Virus record (IMG/VR): IMGVR_UViG_2778261267_000001
DNA from: a virus
Taxonomy: Duplodnaviria; Heunggongvirae; Uroviricota; Caudoviricetes
Reading direction: 5' to 3' (one strand)
DNA: 40,147 nt
The notes beneath the pieces were generated by a model, which saw nothing but the letters and a program-made list of their open reading frames with translations, did no database searches and was not told the origin of the DNA. A program made the position numbers and the translations under genes. The stretch's first letter is position 1. The number at the start of each line of letters is the position of its first letter. Below, one piece after another: positions 1-8,070 of the stretch.

Positions 1-1251
1 GTGCTTACCGATACAAAATTAAAAAACCTCAAGCCGCAGGATAAACTGTACAAGGTCTCCGATCGTGACGGGCTGTATGTAGCTGTGCTTACGTCAGGTA
101 CGGTCTCGTTTCGCTACGACTACCGTATCAACGGTCGCCGCGAAACACTGGTAATTGGGCAGTATGGGCGTGACGGTATCAGCCTGGCAGAAGCGCGAGA
201 AGAACTGATTGTTGCAAAGAAGCTGCTTAAAGCAGGCCAGTCACCGGCTGCGGCTAAACGTGACGGTATCAAAAAGATCCGTGGTGCCGAGACGTTTGCG
301 GTACATACCGACAGTTATATGAAACACGTCATCTTGGCTGACAGTACCCGCGCAATGAAGCAGGCGGTGATCGACCGTGACATACTTCCGGTTCTTGGCA
401 ACAAAATGATGGCTGAAATTACCACATCGATGGTTCGTGATTTGTGTGACCGGATTGTCGAACGCGGTGGCCGTGCAACAGCAGTACAGGCCAGGGAGAT
501 CATCAGCAGCGTATACCGTCACGCCAATGACCGTGGTCATGGTTTGTTTAATCCTGCGGCTGACATTAAACCTTCGTCTATCGCCATATTTAAACCACGA
601 GAGCGAACACTGACACCAGAAGAAATTGGCCTGTTCTTCCGCACGCTGGATGCCATTGGTGCTATGGGCACTATGAAAATGGCTTTAAAGCTGGTGCTTA
701 TCACTATGGCTCGTAAAGGCGAATTCACCAATGCAACGTGGGATGAAATAGATTTTAAAAAATGGACATGGACAATTCCTTCAGACCGCATGAAGGGAAG
801 CCGGGCGCACGTTATTTACCTGCCTAAACAGGCACAGGATATATTGGTCTGGTTGCAGATGTGCGCTGGTGGAAGTGAATATCTGGTTCCTGGTCGTTAC
901 AATTTCCGTAAGCCATTATCTAATGCCGCTCTGAACTCTCTGATCGACAGAACGGTGAAAATAATAAATGAAGATGGTGAGCATATTCAGGACTTCACTG
1001 TACATGATATGCGCCGTACAGCCAGTACGTTGTTGCATGAGGCTGGTTATCCTTCAGACTGGATTGAAAAGGCTCTGGCACATGAGCAGAAAGGTGTGCG
1101 CGCCGTATATAACAAAGCGGAATACGCCAGACAGCGCGCCTACATGTTGCAGCAGTGGGCCGATATGATTGATTCCTGGATTAACGGGGAGCATACGGAT
1201 CTGATTCCGTTCTCCCCGTCGAAGTTTGAGAAGTGGATGGCGGGGGAATAA
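1..1251 (+). CDS. int: Phage integrase, tyrosine recombinase (P4/CP4-57-like with N-terminal arm-binding domain)
   Basis: 416-aa ORF with GTG start at position 1. N-terminal region resembles the arm-type DNA-binding domain of tRNA-targeting integrases; C-terminal region has an HxxR-like catalytic segment (HDMRRTASTLL). Confidence 0.88.
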   Translation: MLTDTKLKNLKPQDKLYKVSDRDGLYVAVLTSGTVSFRYDYRINGRRETLVIGQYGRDGISLAEAREELIVAKKLLKAGQSPAAAKRDGIKKIRGAETFAVHTDSYMKHVILADSTRAMKQAVIDRDILPVLGNKMMAEITTSMVRDLCDRIVERGGRATAVQAREIISSVYRHANDRGHGLFNPAADIKPSSIAIFKPRERTLTPEEIGLFFRTLDAIGAMGTMKMALKLVLITMARKGEFTNATWDEIDFKKWTWTIPSDRMKGSRAHVIYLPKQAQDILVWLQMCAGGSEYLVPGRYNFRKPLSNAALNSLIDRTVKIINEDGEHIQDFTVHDMRRTASTLLHEAGYPSDWIEKALAHEQKGVRAVYNKAEYARQRAYMLQQWADMIDSWINGEHTDLIPFSPSKFEKWMAGE

Positions 1252-1254
1252 CGT

Positions 1255-1449
1255 TTAATTATTCTGCTGATTTTCTTCCATCTCGGCTTCTGCTTCCAGT
1301 GATTCAATTTTGTTTTCGAATATTGCTGACAGCATTGCAAATTCAGCATCAGTGACAGCGGGAATTGGAACAAACCTGATCCCGCTGTGTGCAAGCATGT
1401 TTGCAGTTTCAAGGCATTTCCTTAAATCTGCTGGTGATGTCCTGTTCAT
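1255..1449 (-). CDS. Hypothetical small acidic protein (64 aa), convergent with int
   Basis: ORF only; distal gene of the leftward operon, overlaps the methylase gene end by 4 nt. No recognisable motif. Confidence 0.4.
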   Translation of the reverse strand: MNRTSPADLRKCLETANMLAHSGIRFVPIPAVTDAEFAMLSAIFENKIESLEAEAEMEENQQNN

Positions 1450-2108
1450 GCTGCACGCTCCCGCCCCTGGTTGTCTGTTGGTGACAGCGGAGAATTGCTG
1501 AATGCATTTGTTAATCCGCCAATATCCAACGCGTATCCGGGGTGTAGTTGCACTGCCGGGTCTTCACACTGATTACCCCAAACATCGAAACCATGAGACG
1601 TCTGGCGGGCGAACAGTTCAATGCGAGAAACATCGCCTAACAATTGCACAAGTTTTTCACGAACGATATCTGGTTTTCTTGAGTGCTCAAGCCGCGGTGC
1701 GGTAAATGACTGAACGATCCCTGCATTAATGCGCGTAGGTAGTTTTCCCTTTACTGCAAACAGGCAATCTTCACTATTGGCGCGAGTCATGTGTCCCATA
1801 CCCATAACCAGTTTATCTGGTTGTCGACTACCACATTTTATCCACGTGAAGCCCTTCATGGTCATCAGACGGAATCCCCAGGCTTCAACAACTTTTAGTG
1901 CTTCGAGTGGTTGTGTTGGCACCCACCACATGGCCAACAGACAGTTTTCATCGGCCAAATCCCACACAGGAAGGCGGCAGATATCCAGCACACTCATAAC
2001 CGGATATTTAAAACCGGCACCGCGATTACCATCTGCGGCTTTGTCCCGGTATACCCAGGGTGGATCTGCATAGATTAGTGTGTATTTCTTAGTCATAAAC
2101 CACCCCAC
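1446..2108 (-). CDS. MT-A70 family DNA N6-adenine methyltransferase
   Basis: 220-aa ORF with the catalytic DPPW motif (YADPPWVY) near the N-terminus, typical of MT-A70/Dam-like phage methylases. Confidence 0.85.
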   Translation of the reverse strand: MGWFMTKKYTLIYADPPWVYRDKAADGNRGAGFKYPVMSVLDICRLPVWDLADENCLLAMWWVPTQPLEALKVVEAWGFRLMTMKGFTWIKCGSRQPDKLVMGMGHMTRANSEDCLFAVKGKLPTRINAGIVQSFTAPRLEHSRKPDIVREKLVQLLGDVSRIELFARQTSHGFDVWGNQCEDPAVQLHPGYALDIGGLTNAFSNSPLSPTDNQGRERAA

Positions 2109-2388
2109 AACATCCTATGCCGCTATAGTCGCCACGGCGAAGGCCGTTACCTTTTGTGATACATTGGTCCCTTCGAACCGCGATCCTTGCACGCTCAACA
2201 TCACCAGAAGCAACATCCATACGCTGAAGCCAAAGGTGGGCGGCAATGCGGAACTGCCCTTTTTTCTCTCTTTCAATCGCGCGTTTTTCGATCTCTATCG
2301 CCGCAGGAGTAACGGCGACAATCTTTGACGGACTGCGCATTGAAACCTTATTCATGTGATATTTTTCAAGTCGGCTTAACTTTCTCAC
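2089..2388 (-). CDS. Hypothetical phage protein (99 aa)
   Basis: ORF in operon context, 20-nt overlap with the methylase start. No recognised motif. Confidence 0.45.
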   Translation of the reverse strand: MRKLSRLEKYHMNKVSMRSPSKIVAVTPAAIEIEKRAIEREKKGQFRIAAHLWLQRMDVASGDVERARIAVRRDQCITKGNGLRRGDYSGIGCCGVVYD

Positions 2389-2497
2389 TTAATCCAACCC
2401 TCTCTGAAAATTAATGCCAGCAGATAAAGCCATGCTGAAACAGAGGCCAGGAATAAGTACCATCCTGACCATTTGCTCCAGTGCCTTAGCAGCACAC

Positions 2498-2746
2498 TCA
2501 TGCAGCGTTGCTCACAGGACGATATACACGTTGCTGAACAGGAGGCTTTTTACCCTGGAACTCTGCCGGGCTTGCTGCCTGACGTTCATCAAGCCAACGC
2601 TCAACTTCGTCACGGTTCCATGCGCAGCGTTTGTCAGTGATATACCAGCGTTTAGGAAATTCACCTGCGCGCTCCATACGGTCGATAGTGCTCCATGACA
2701 GTGGCACCACCGCCAGGAGTTCCTTCTTACCTAATGCACCTTTCAT
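2498..2746 (-). CDS. AlpA-family HTH regulator / excisionase-like protein
   Basis: 82-aa ORF; the segment LLAVVPLSWSTIDRMERAGEFPKRWYITDKRCAWNRDEVERWL matches the AlpA/phage-excisionase winged-HTH pattern. Confidence 0.7.
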   Translation of the reverse strand: MKGALGKKELLAVVPLSWSTIDRMERAGEFPKRWYITDKRCAWNRDEVERWLDERQAASPAEFQGKKPPVQQRVYRPVSNAA

Positions 2747-2795
2747 AAATACCTCTCTTGGTTGCAGTGCGGCGCGCGTGGCGCCGCGGTGGTGG

Positions 2796-3677
2796 TTACA
2801 TAGATGTTTCGTTTAATTCTTCCCGACGAACGCTGTAAACGTCGGTGGCTTTTGCCAGCAGTTCGTCATCATCTGAAAGTTTTTGTGCAATATATTTGTA
2901 AGCCTTATCCAGTTCGGAGATAGTGCTGTAATTCATCGCTGCGCTGGTAAAGGCCATCAGCATTTCTTCTGGATCACGGCTATCCGCTTTACGCGTTTGC
3001 TCATCAGGCTTTTTCACTGGTTTAGCGTTGATCAGACTGTTCATTCCCGCAGCAGTAGTTGTTTGCGGAGTAATGTCTCGCTCAACGCGCGGTGCCGTTT
3101 CCTGTAATTCGTCTGGGGTGTAAACACCGAGAAGTACATCAGGAGCGTGCAGGCGAGCCCATCGTTTCGTGCAAAGATAGGCAAGCTGCTGGCGCGGATC
3201 CTGTTCCCATAATGGAGAATTACGCACTCCGGCTTGCGCCATACTGATGGTAAGCTCACGGGGTTCTGCTTCTCCTTTAAGAATTGCTGACACAGTTACC
3301 GTCAGATTCGGTGATTTATCTGTTTTGCCGTTAACATTCGACCAGTCACCGCTCCAGCGATAATTCAGGCGTGTCGCCAGCAGGCTGGAAGAGGATACGA
3401 CCGCGTTTACCAACTGTGCTTCGTAGCCTAACGTTCCGTTTACCACATGCGTTTTCTGCGCCACGGCGAAAGGGTTCATTCCCCACTGTGCCGCCTGCAT
3501 GGTCACCGCCAGGCAATCGGCAGGTTTGCCTTCAAGATGTCTCGGTACAGTCGCTTTGCTTTGTGACATCAACTCAGCGAAACGCACCAGTTGATTCATG
3601 CCCTCGGGGCTGAAGATTGCCGCAGCAGTGCCTACAGTTGCGCCTGGTTGTGATGTGATTGCGATATCATTGCTCAT
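2796..3677 (-). CDS. RecT-like single-strand annealing protein
   Basis: 293-aa ORF directly downstream of and overlapping the exonuclease gene (classic RecE/RecT pairing). Family call is from sequence character and size, not from a search. Confidence 0.7.
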   Translation of the reverse strand: MSNDIAITSQPGATVGTAAAIFSPEGMNQLVRFAELMSQSKATVPRHLEGKPADCLAVTMQAAQWGMNPFAVAQKTHVVNGTLGYEAQLVNAVVSSSSLLATRLNYRWSGDWSNVNGKTDKSPNLTVTVSAILKGEAEPRELTISMAQAGVRNSPLWEQDPRQQLAYLCTKRWARLHAPDVLLGVYTPDELQETAPRVERDITPQTTTAAGMNSLINAKPVKKPDEQTRKADSRDPEEMLMAFTSAAMNYSTISELDKAYKYIAQKLSDDDELLAKATDVYSVRREELNETSM

Positions 3678-4495
3678 ACGTACATATCCTGTTTACGTGC
3701 CCAGTCAGGGCGTTTAATAATTTCCACTCCGCCCCACTCATCGTTGATGCGGCATTCGTGATAGGTATTCAGATCCCGGCGGAACAGAGCGTGCCCGGCA
3801 TCGACATCCGGCGCATCCAGCTCGAACACGCGTACCGGATAACGACCACAATCAATGCTTTCGCTCACGGCAAGAAAGAAAAAACCATGCGGCTGACCAG
3901 TAATCCTCATTGCGCCTTCGCGGTACATTGCGTCCTGCACGTGGTAGCGGAATTCCTCTATGTGGCGTGCAAAACGGTCCATATCTGCAACCTTTTTCAC
4001 GTCGACGATCACGTTGTGCTCGTTCAGCCATTTGTCTGGACGAATGCGGCACAACTCACCAGTCTCTTCATCGTTCCAGTACATTGATGCTTCGCAGTAA
4101 CCAGGTGCTTCCAGCATCCAGCGTGCCGCCGGGTGAGCCATTGCGCTATCACGCATCAGCTCCAGTTTCCGCCACTGCTCGGCATCAAGTACCGTAATCC
4201 CCATATCCGCCACATCACGAAGAAATGCCTCTTCGTCAGCTTTACCTTGTTTCGTCCGACGATCGAATTTCGGTGAAACAATGAAGCGTTTGTCGAACTC
4301 TCCAGGCTCCAGAAGCAGACAGTGCAATGCGGTTCCCATATCCAGTGCCGACTTTTTCTCTTCGTCTTCTGGTGCTGCCTGAACCCATTTAAGAAGCGCC
4401 GGATTCTTGGCAACCATGTCCAGTTGCGACTTACTCACGCCGTCACCGGCGTGGTAGTCTTTGTTGCTGATGTTGAAATAAATTCCCGGTTTCAT
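3674..4495 (-). CDS. RecE-C-terminal-like PD-(D/E)XK exonuclease (exodeoxyribonuclease VIII-like)
   Basis: 273-aa ORF with N-terminal YFNISNKDYHAG segment and a central D...E.K-type motif (IVDVKK), as in DUF3799/RecE-like phage exonucleases; paired with the RecT-like gene. Confidence 0.7.
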   Translation of the reverse strand: MKPGIYFNISNKDYHAGDGVSKSQLDMVAKNPALLKWVQAAPEDEEKKSALDMGTALHCLLLEPGEFDKRFIVSPKFDRRTKQGKADEEAFLRDVADMGITVLDAEQWRKLELMRDSAMAHPAARWMLEAPGYCEASMYWNDEETGELCRIRPDKWLNEHNVIVDVKKVADMDRFARHIEEFRYHVQDAMYREGAMRITGQPHGFFFLAVSESIDCGRYPVRVFELDAPDVDAGHALFRRDLNTYHECRINDEWGGVEIIKRPDWARKQDMYV

Positions 4496-4791
4496 GCCGC
4501 ATCCCTCTGCCCATCAAGCTGATCAGCCAGATCCCAGCGGGCGATAATTGCCATTGCCTCTCGCCGATAGGCATCCATCAGTTCTTCGAACTCAGGGCTG
4601 TCTTTAGCAGCCTCCAGCACTTCCTGACGAACGCCTTTGCCTGTTACAACGTCGAAAGTTGAGGACAGTTGATGAAGTCGGATGCTCTCAATCAGTTCAA
4701 CTTGTCGGTCATATAGCTGTTCTGACAGGCGGTAGTCCTTGTCGAATGCCAGCATGATTTTTTGAAGATTTTTCTGCTGATTAACGTTCAT
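4492..4791 (-). CDS. Hypothetical early protein (99 aa from the MNVNQQ start)
   Basis: ORF with a GGGAGGG Shine-Dalgarno 6 nt upstream of the ATG at 4791; the track's longer start at 4806 lacks an RBS. Start is translationally coupled to the stop of the upstream 50-aa ORF. Confidence 0.5.
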   Translation of the reverse strand: MNVNQQKNLQKIMLAFDKDYRLSEQLYDRQVELIESIRLHQLSSTFDVVTGKGVRQEVLEAAKDSPEFEELMDAYRREAMAIIARWDLADQLDGQRDAA

Positions 4792-4793
4792 TA

Positions 4794-4946
4794 TCAGCCC
4801 TCCCATATCTCGTTATCGTTGGCCACATCGCGAGCTTCTTTGCTGACGAAAGCCCACTTAATGCCTTCCTGTAAGGTGCGGAACTTCCAGCTCATGAATC
4901 CGCATGCAGTAACGCAGTACCAACCGTTGATGATTTTCCACTGCAT
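4794..4946 (-). CDS. Hypothetical 50-aa protein, first gene of the leftward early operon
   Basis: ORF below the track's size cut-off, read by hand (MQWKIINGWYCVTACGFMSWKF...). GAGG RBS about 10 nt upstream; immediately downstream of two operator-like palindromes. Confidence 0.4.
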   Translation of the reverse strand: MQWKIINGWYCVTACGFMSWKFRTLQEGIKWAFVSKEARDVANDNEIWEG

Positions 4947-4965
4947 AATTTGTTACCTCGGTCTG

Positions 4966-5042
4966 TTACCGTTGAGGTAATGATTATGCGTATCTGGTTT
5001 GATGTCAATAGATATGAGTTAAAAAAATTACCCATAAGGTAA
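4966..5042. promoter_or_regulatory. Leftward early promoter/operator region (OL-like) with two perfect TTACC-N5-GGTAA palindromes
   Basis: Perfect palindromes at 4966-4980 (TTACCGTTGAGGTAA) and 5028-5042 (TTACCCATAAGGTAA), plus a TTACC half-site at 4953-4957. Located between the repressor terminator and the first leftward gene. Confidence 0.6.
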
Positions 5043-5052
5043 TCTTGCTGAC

Positions 5053-5078
5053 AATAAAAAAGCCGCCATGAGGCGGCT
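5053..5078 (-). terminator. Intrinsic terminator downstream of the repressor gene
   Basis: Stem AGCCGCC / GGCGGCT (5061-5078) with a 4-nt loop, followed on the minus strand by a T-run (plus-strand AAAAA at 5056-5060). Confidence 0.7.
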
Positions 5079-5099
5079 TACTTACTGAAAAATATGATT

Positions 5100-5684
5100 T
5101 TATTGTTTGTTTTTTTCGTTCTGGCTGATGACAAATTCAATGTAACTTTCGATCTTTGCCTTCTCTGTTTCGGGTAACAATGCGTAGCGCGAGCGGTCAT
5201 AGTTGATAGTCGCAGGGTCGTGCGGGTGAATCAGTAATTCATAGCCGTGACGCCCGAATGCGGATGCAACATTCTCCAGGGTGGAAATGGAAACGCTGAC
5301 CTCATTGTTTAACAGGCGGCTGATTGTCACCTGGGCGACGCCGGATGCGCGGTGAAGTTTTCCCTGAGTTGAAAGGTCGCGGCTTTCGCTCATCCAGCGT
5401 TCCAGGTTGTGAGCCGCCAGCTGACCAATGTCGCTTGGGCCGACAGGCTGAAAACCTTCCTGAGAAAGCGAGCGATCGATATCAAGCCAGTTACGGGGTT
5501 TATTGGCGGCAGCTTCAATTTTTCGCGCAACCTGGTCGCCGATAACCTTCTTGCCAAGAGCCCAGCGGTTTACCAGATTTGCCTGAGTTCCAAGTTTTTC
5601 TGCCATCCGCGTCTGAACACCATTGAATTCACGGTCGATCAAGTCGTTGAGATTTTGCCTGCGGACGTCCTGGATACTTTTCAT
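5100..5684 (-). CDS. CI-like phage repressor (HTH DNA-binding protein, no obvious peptidase domain)
   Basis: 194-aa ORF divergent from a cro-like gene; HTH-like segments (MAEKLGTQANLVNRW, VAQVTISRLLNNE). Operator-like palindromes lie on both sides of the gene. Confidence 0.7.
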   Translation of the reverse strand: MKSIQDVRRQNLNDLIDREFNGVQTRMAEKLGTQANLVNRWALGKKVIGDQVARKIEAAANKPRNWLDIDRSLSQEGFQPVGPSDIGQLAAHNLERWMSESRDLSTQGKLHRASGVAQVTISRLLNNEVSVSISTLENVASAFGRHGYELLIHPHDPATINYDRSRYALLPETEKAKIESYIEFVISQNEKNKQ

Positions 5685-5739
5685 TTTCTGGAAAATCGCC
5701 TCATATATGAATCAGTAGATGATTCAATTTAAAGCAATA

Positions 5740-5802
5740 TTACCCAACAGGTAAATGCACCCCATAGGTAACTATCCTTGATTTTTGTTACCTTATGGGT
5801 GA
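5740..5802. promoter_or_regulatory. Divergent immunity promoter/operator region (OR-like) with three tandem operator-like sites
   Basis: Perfect TTACCCAACAGGTAA at 5740-5754, imperfect GCACCCCATAGGTAA at 5756-5770 and TTACCTTATGGGTGA at 5788-5802. A candidate rightward promoter (-35 TTGTTA 5786-5791, -10 TATTAT 5808-5813) overlaps the third site. Confidence 0.65.
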
Positions 5803-5838
5803 ATATTTATTATCTGAAATAAATATCAGGCAATAGCT

Positions 5839-6069
5839 ATGAGCGATAACGGACATTTCGATTTCAAAAAGCACTGGCTTGCACTTACTCCGGATGAGCG
5901 TGAAGCCTTCGCACAGGAAGCCGGAACGACGAGTCACTATATCCAGACTCACTTAACAGGTAAGCGCAAAATGCCAGGTAAGGTATTGATGAATGGGCTT
6001 TTTAAAGCCTGTAAATCAAGACAATGGTTGCGCTCAAAAGCAGAACTGGCATACTTCTTCTACTCATGA
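5839..6069 (+). CDS. Cro-like small regulator (76 aa)
   Basis: Small ORF divergent from the repressor, immediately downstream of the operator cluster and followed by a terminator; call is by position and size. Confidence 0.55.
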   Translation: MSDNGHFDFKKHWLALTPDEREAFAQEAGTTSHYIQTHLTGKRKMPGKVLMNGLFKACKSRQWLRSKAELAYFFYS

Positions 6070-6090
6070 TATCCAGCCACAACCCTCTGT

Positions 6091-6116
6091 AGACCGCCAT
6101 CCGGCGGTCTTTTTAT
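6091..6116 (+). terminator. Intrinsic terminator after the cro-like gene (tR1-like position)
   Basis: Stem AGACCGCC / GGCGGTCT with loop ATCC (6091-6110) followed by TTTTT. Confidence 0.7.
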
Positions 6117-6219
6117 ATCTATTCGCACCTCAAAGGTAATAAAAAACCAAATTTGGTTGATCTTTTTTTTGTGTCAGCACAAAATAACCGTAATCCCAAT
6201 ACTAATAACAGGGCTTACC

Positions 6220-6420
6220 ATGGAAATCATTACACGTATTGATGCCGCAAAGCGCGGACTTAAACGCTACTACACCGGAAAAACATGTAAGCACGGACAT
6301 GACAGTGAACGCTGGGTTTACAACGGACACTGTGTTGAGTGCACCATGGAATCAAACCGTCGCATCAGGGCAGAGATTAAGCAGATCATGATTAATTCCT
6401 CCCCACAACACTCAAGCTGA
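6220..6420 (+). CDS. Hypothetical small Cys/His-rich protein (cII position)
   Basis: 66 aa from the ATG at 6220; the track's upstream extension from 6157 is hydrophobic junk. Contains CKHGH...HCVEC spacing suggestive of a zinc ribbon. Confidence 0.45.
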   Translation: MEIITRIDAAKRGLKRYYTGKTCKHGHDSERWVYNGHCVECTMESNRRIRAEIKQIMINSSPQHSS

Positions 6421-6435
6421 TAGCGGAGATTAATC

Positions 6436-7251
6436 ATGAGCAGACATGCAACAGATTGGGCCTGGGAGACAGATCCAGGCAGCTCATCATTAAAGCTCAT
6501 ACTGCTCTCGATGGCTGACAGAGCCGATGAATATAACCTCTGCTACCCCAGCATAGAACGCCTAGTTAAAGACACTTGCCTGAATAAAAAAACCGTGCAG
6601 GCCGGACTTATATCGCTCATGAAAATGGGGCTTATTTCAGATACCGGAGAGAGAAAGGGAGCGACGAAAAGAGTGCGGGTTTTCTCTCTTAATATAACCA
6701 AAAACGGGAACATTAAAGGCAGCCGGGAAGGGGGTAATGAACCCAAAAACGGTAATGTTACCGAAAACGGGAATATACCCAAAAACGGGATGCTGAATGA
6801 TCCCAAAAACGGGATGTTGAATGATCCCAAAAACGGGATCCAGAACCAGTCATATAACCAGTCATTTAATCAAGAGAGGGAGAGCAGGACAAAAAACGGG
6901 GATTCTGTGCATCATGACCCAGGCGCAAACAACGCCGTGATGAATAACTTTGTTCCTCCTGGTGGGCCAGGGCAATTAGGCAAATTTGTCATGCATGAAC
7001 AATGGCAGCCATCAGATGACTTTCTTCGGAAAAGCTCATTGCAGGGAATCTACCTGGATAGTCTGCCAACGGCACAGGAACTTGCAGAGTTCAGAATTTA
7101 CTGGATGGCTGAGGGTAAGGCATACCATCAGGCACAGTGGGAGCAGAAGCTGGCAAGGCGGCTGCAGATTAGCAGACAGAAGCAATCAACATTAACTGAT
7201 AACAACGTTCCGCACTGGAACAGCCCTGAAGCATGGGAGGATTTCTTGTGA
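6436..7251 (+). CDS. Replication initiator (lambda O-like role) with an internal repeat-encoding segment
   Basis: 271-aa ORF directly upstream of and overlapping the P-like gene. Middle of the gene carries tandem DNA repeats (iteron-like) encoding PKNGMLND repeats. Confidence 0.75.
   Translation: MSRHATDWAWETDPGSSSLKLILLSMADRADEYNLCYPSIERLVKDTCLNKKTVQAGLISLMKMGLISDTGERKGATKRVRVFSLNITKNGNIKGSREGGNEPKNGNVTENGNIPKNGMLNDPKNGMLNDPKNGIQNQSYNQSFNQERESRTKNGDSVHHDPGANNAVMNNFVPPGGPGQLGKFVMHEQWQPSDDFLRKSSLQGIYLDSLPTAQELAEFRIYWMAEGKAYHQAQWEQKLARRLQISRQKQSTLTDNNVPHWNSPEAWEDFL
6696..6845. repeat. Iteron-like tandem repeats inside the O-like gene (candidate origin of replication)
   Basis: Five to six copies of CCAAAAACGG(G/T)A, including two adjacent 24-bp units (TCCCAAAAACGGGATG[C/T]TGAATGA at 6778-6801 and 6802-6825). 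Confidence 0.7.
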
Positions 7252-8033
7252 ACAACGTTTTTACCGCAATACAAAACCGTGACGGAGAAGCCCTTTCTCG
7301 CATGTCAGGTTATGAGCATCAGTACACCAACAATGACAACGTAGTGAACATGTCAGCAGAGAGGCTTGTTGATGCCCTTTTCAAACAGTTGAAACAACTG
7401 TTTCCGGCGGCAGTGGTAACCAACCTGAAGACGCCAGAGCAGGAAGTTGCTGCAAAACAGCAGTGGATTGCTGCGTTTGCTGAAGGAGGGATCCGAACCC
7501 GTGAACAGGTTTCTGCTGGTATGCGCCACGCCCGCGCCAGTGAATCTCCGTTCTGGCCGTCGCCAGGGCAATTTATCAAGTGGTGCAAAGACAGCAAGAT
7601 GGTTCTTGGCGTCACCATTGACGATGTGATGGCGGAGTTTCACCGGTACAGCAAGGAAAAAAGTTTATATCCTGGCGGTCCCGAAAGATTCCCGTGGCGA
7701 CATCCGGTTATGTACTGGGTCGTATGTGATACACGCCGTGCAATGTATCAGCGCCAGCTTAGCGAGATTGAGGTTGAGAAACACGCGCGCAGGCTGCTCG
7801 ATGATTGGGCGAAAAAGGTGGCTTCCGGACAGCAGATACCCGATCCGGTGATCAGCATACAGGCAAAGCCAGAACCCATGAGTACGCCTCCGGACACAGG
7901 GAGAGACGTTTACCACCCGCCAGGGCGAAGTTTCGGGTGCATGCCTAACGCCGCCACCCTGGGGGGAATAACACCGGCGCAGTGGCTGATGGAGGAATAC
8001 AGGCGGGGAAAGGCGGCAGGATTTATCAAGTAA
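7233..8033 (+). CDS. Replication protein P-like helicase loader
   Basis: Clear resemblance to lambda P as I recall it (e.g. AGMRHARASESPFWPSPGQFIKWC versus lambda GMRVARRQNRPFLPSPGQFVAWC). Start may instead be the GTG at 7248 overlapping the O-like stop. Confidence 0.85.
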   Translation: MGGFLVNNVFTAIQNRDGEALSRMSGYEHQYTNNDNVVNMSAERLVDALFKQLKQLFPAAVVTNLKTPEQEVAAKQQWIAAFAEGGIRTREQVSAGMRHARASESPFWPSPGQFIKWCKDSKMVLGVTIDDVMAEFHRYSKEKSLYPGGPERFPWRHPVMYWVVCDTRRAMYQRQLSEIEVEKHARRLLDDWAKKVASGQQIPDPVISIQAKPEPMSTPPDTGRDVYHPPGRSFGCMPNAATLGGITPAQWLMEEYRRGKAAGFIK

Positions 8034-8038
8034 TACCA

Positions 8039-8058
8039 GCGCGATAGCGCATTTTTTT
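8039..8058 (+). terminator. Weak terminator-like hairpin after the P-like gene
   Basis: GCGC-GATA-GCGC stem-loop followed by seven T residues; the stem is only 4 bp, so strength is uncertain. Confidence 0.35.
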
Positions 8059-8070
8059 ACGCCTACATGA

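Noticed and set aside
6543-6830. 95-aa minus-strand ORF across the iteron region
   Set aside because: Reading frame kept open by the tandem repeats; repetitive FLG(S/I)FP translation is an artefact.
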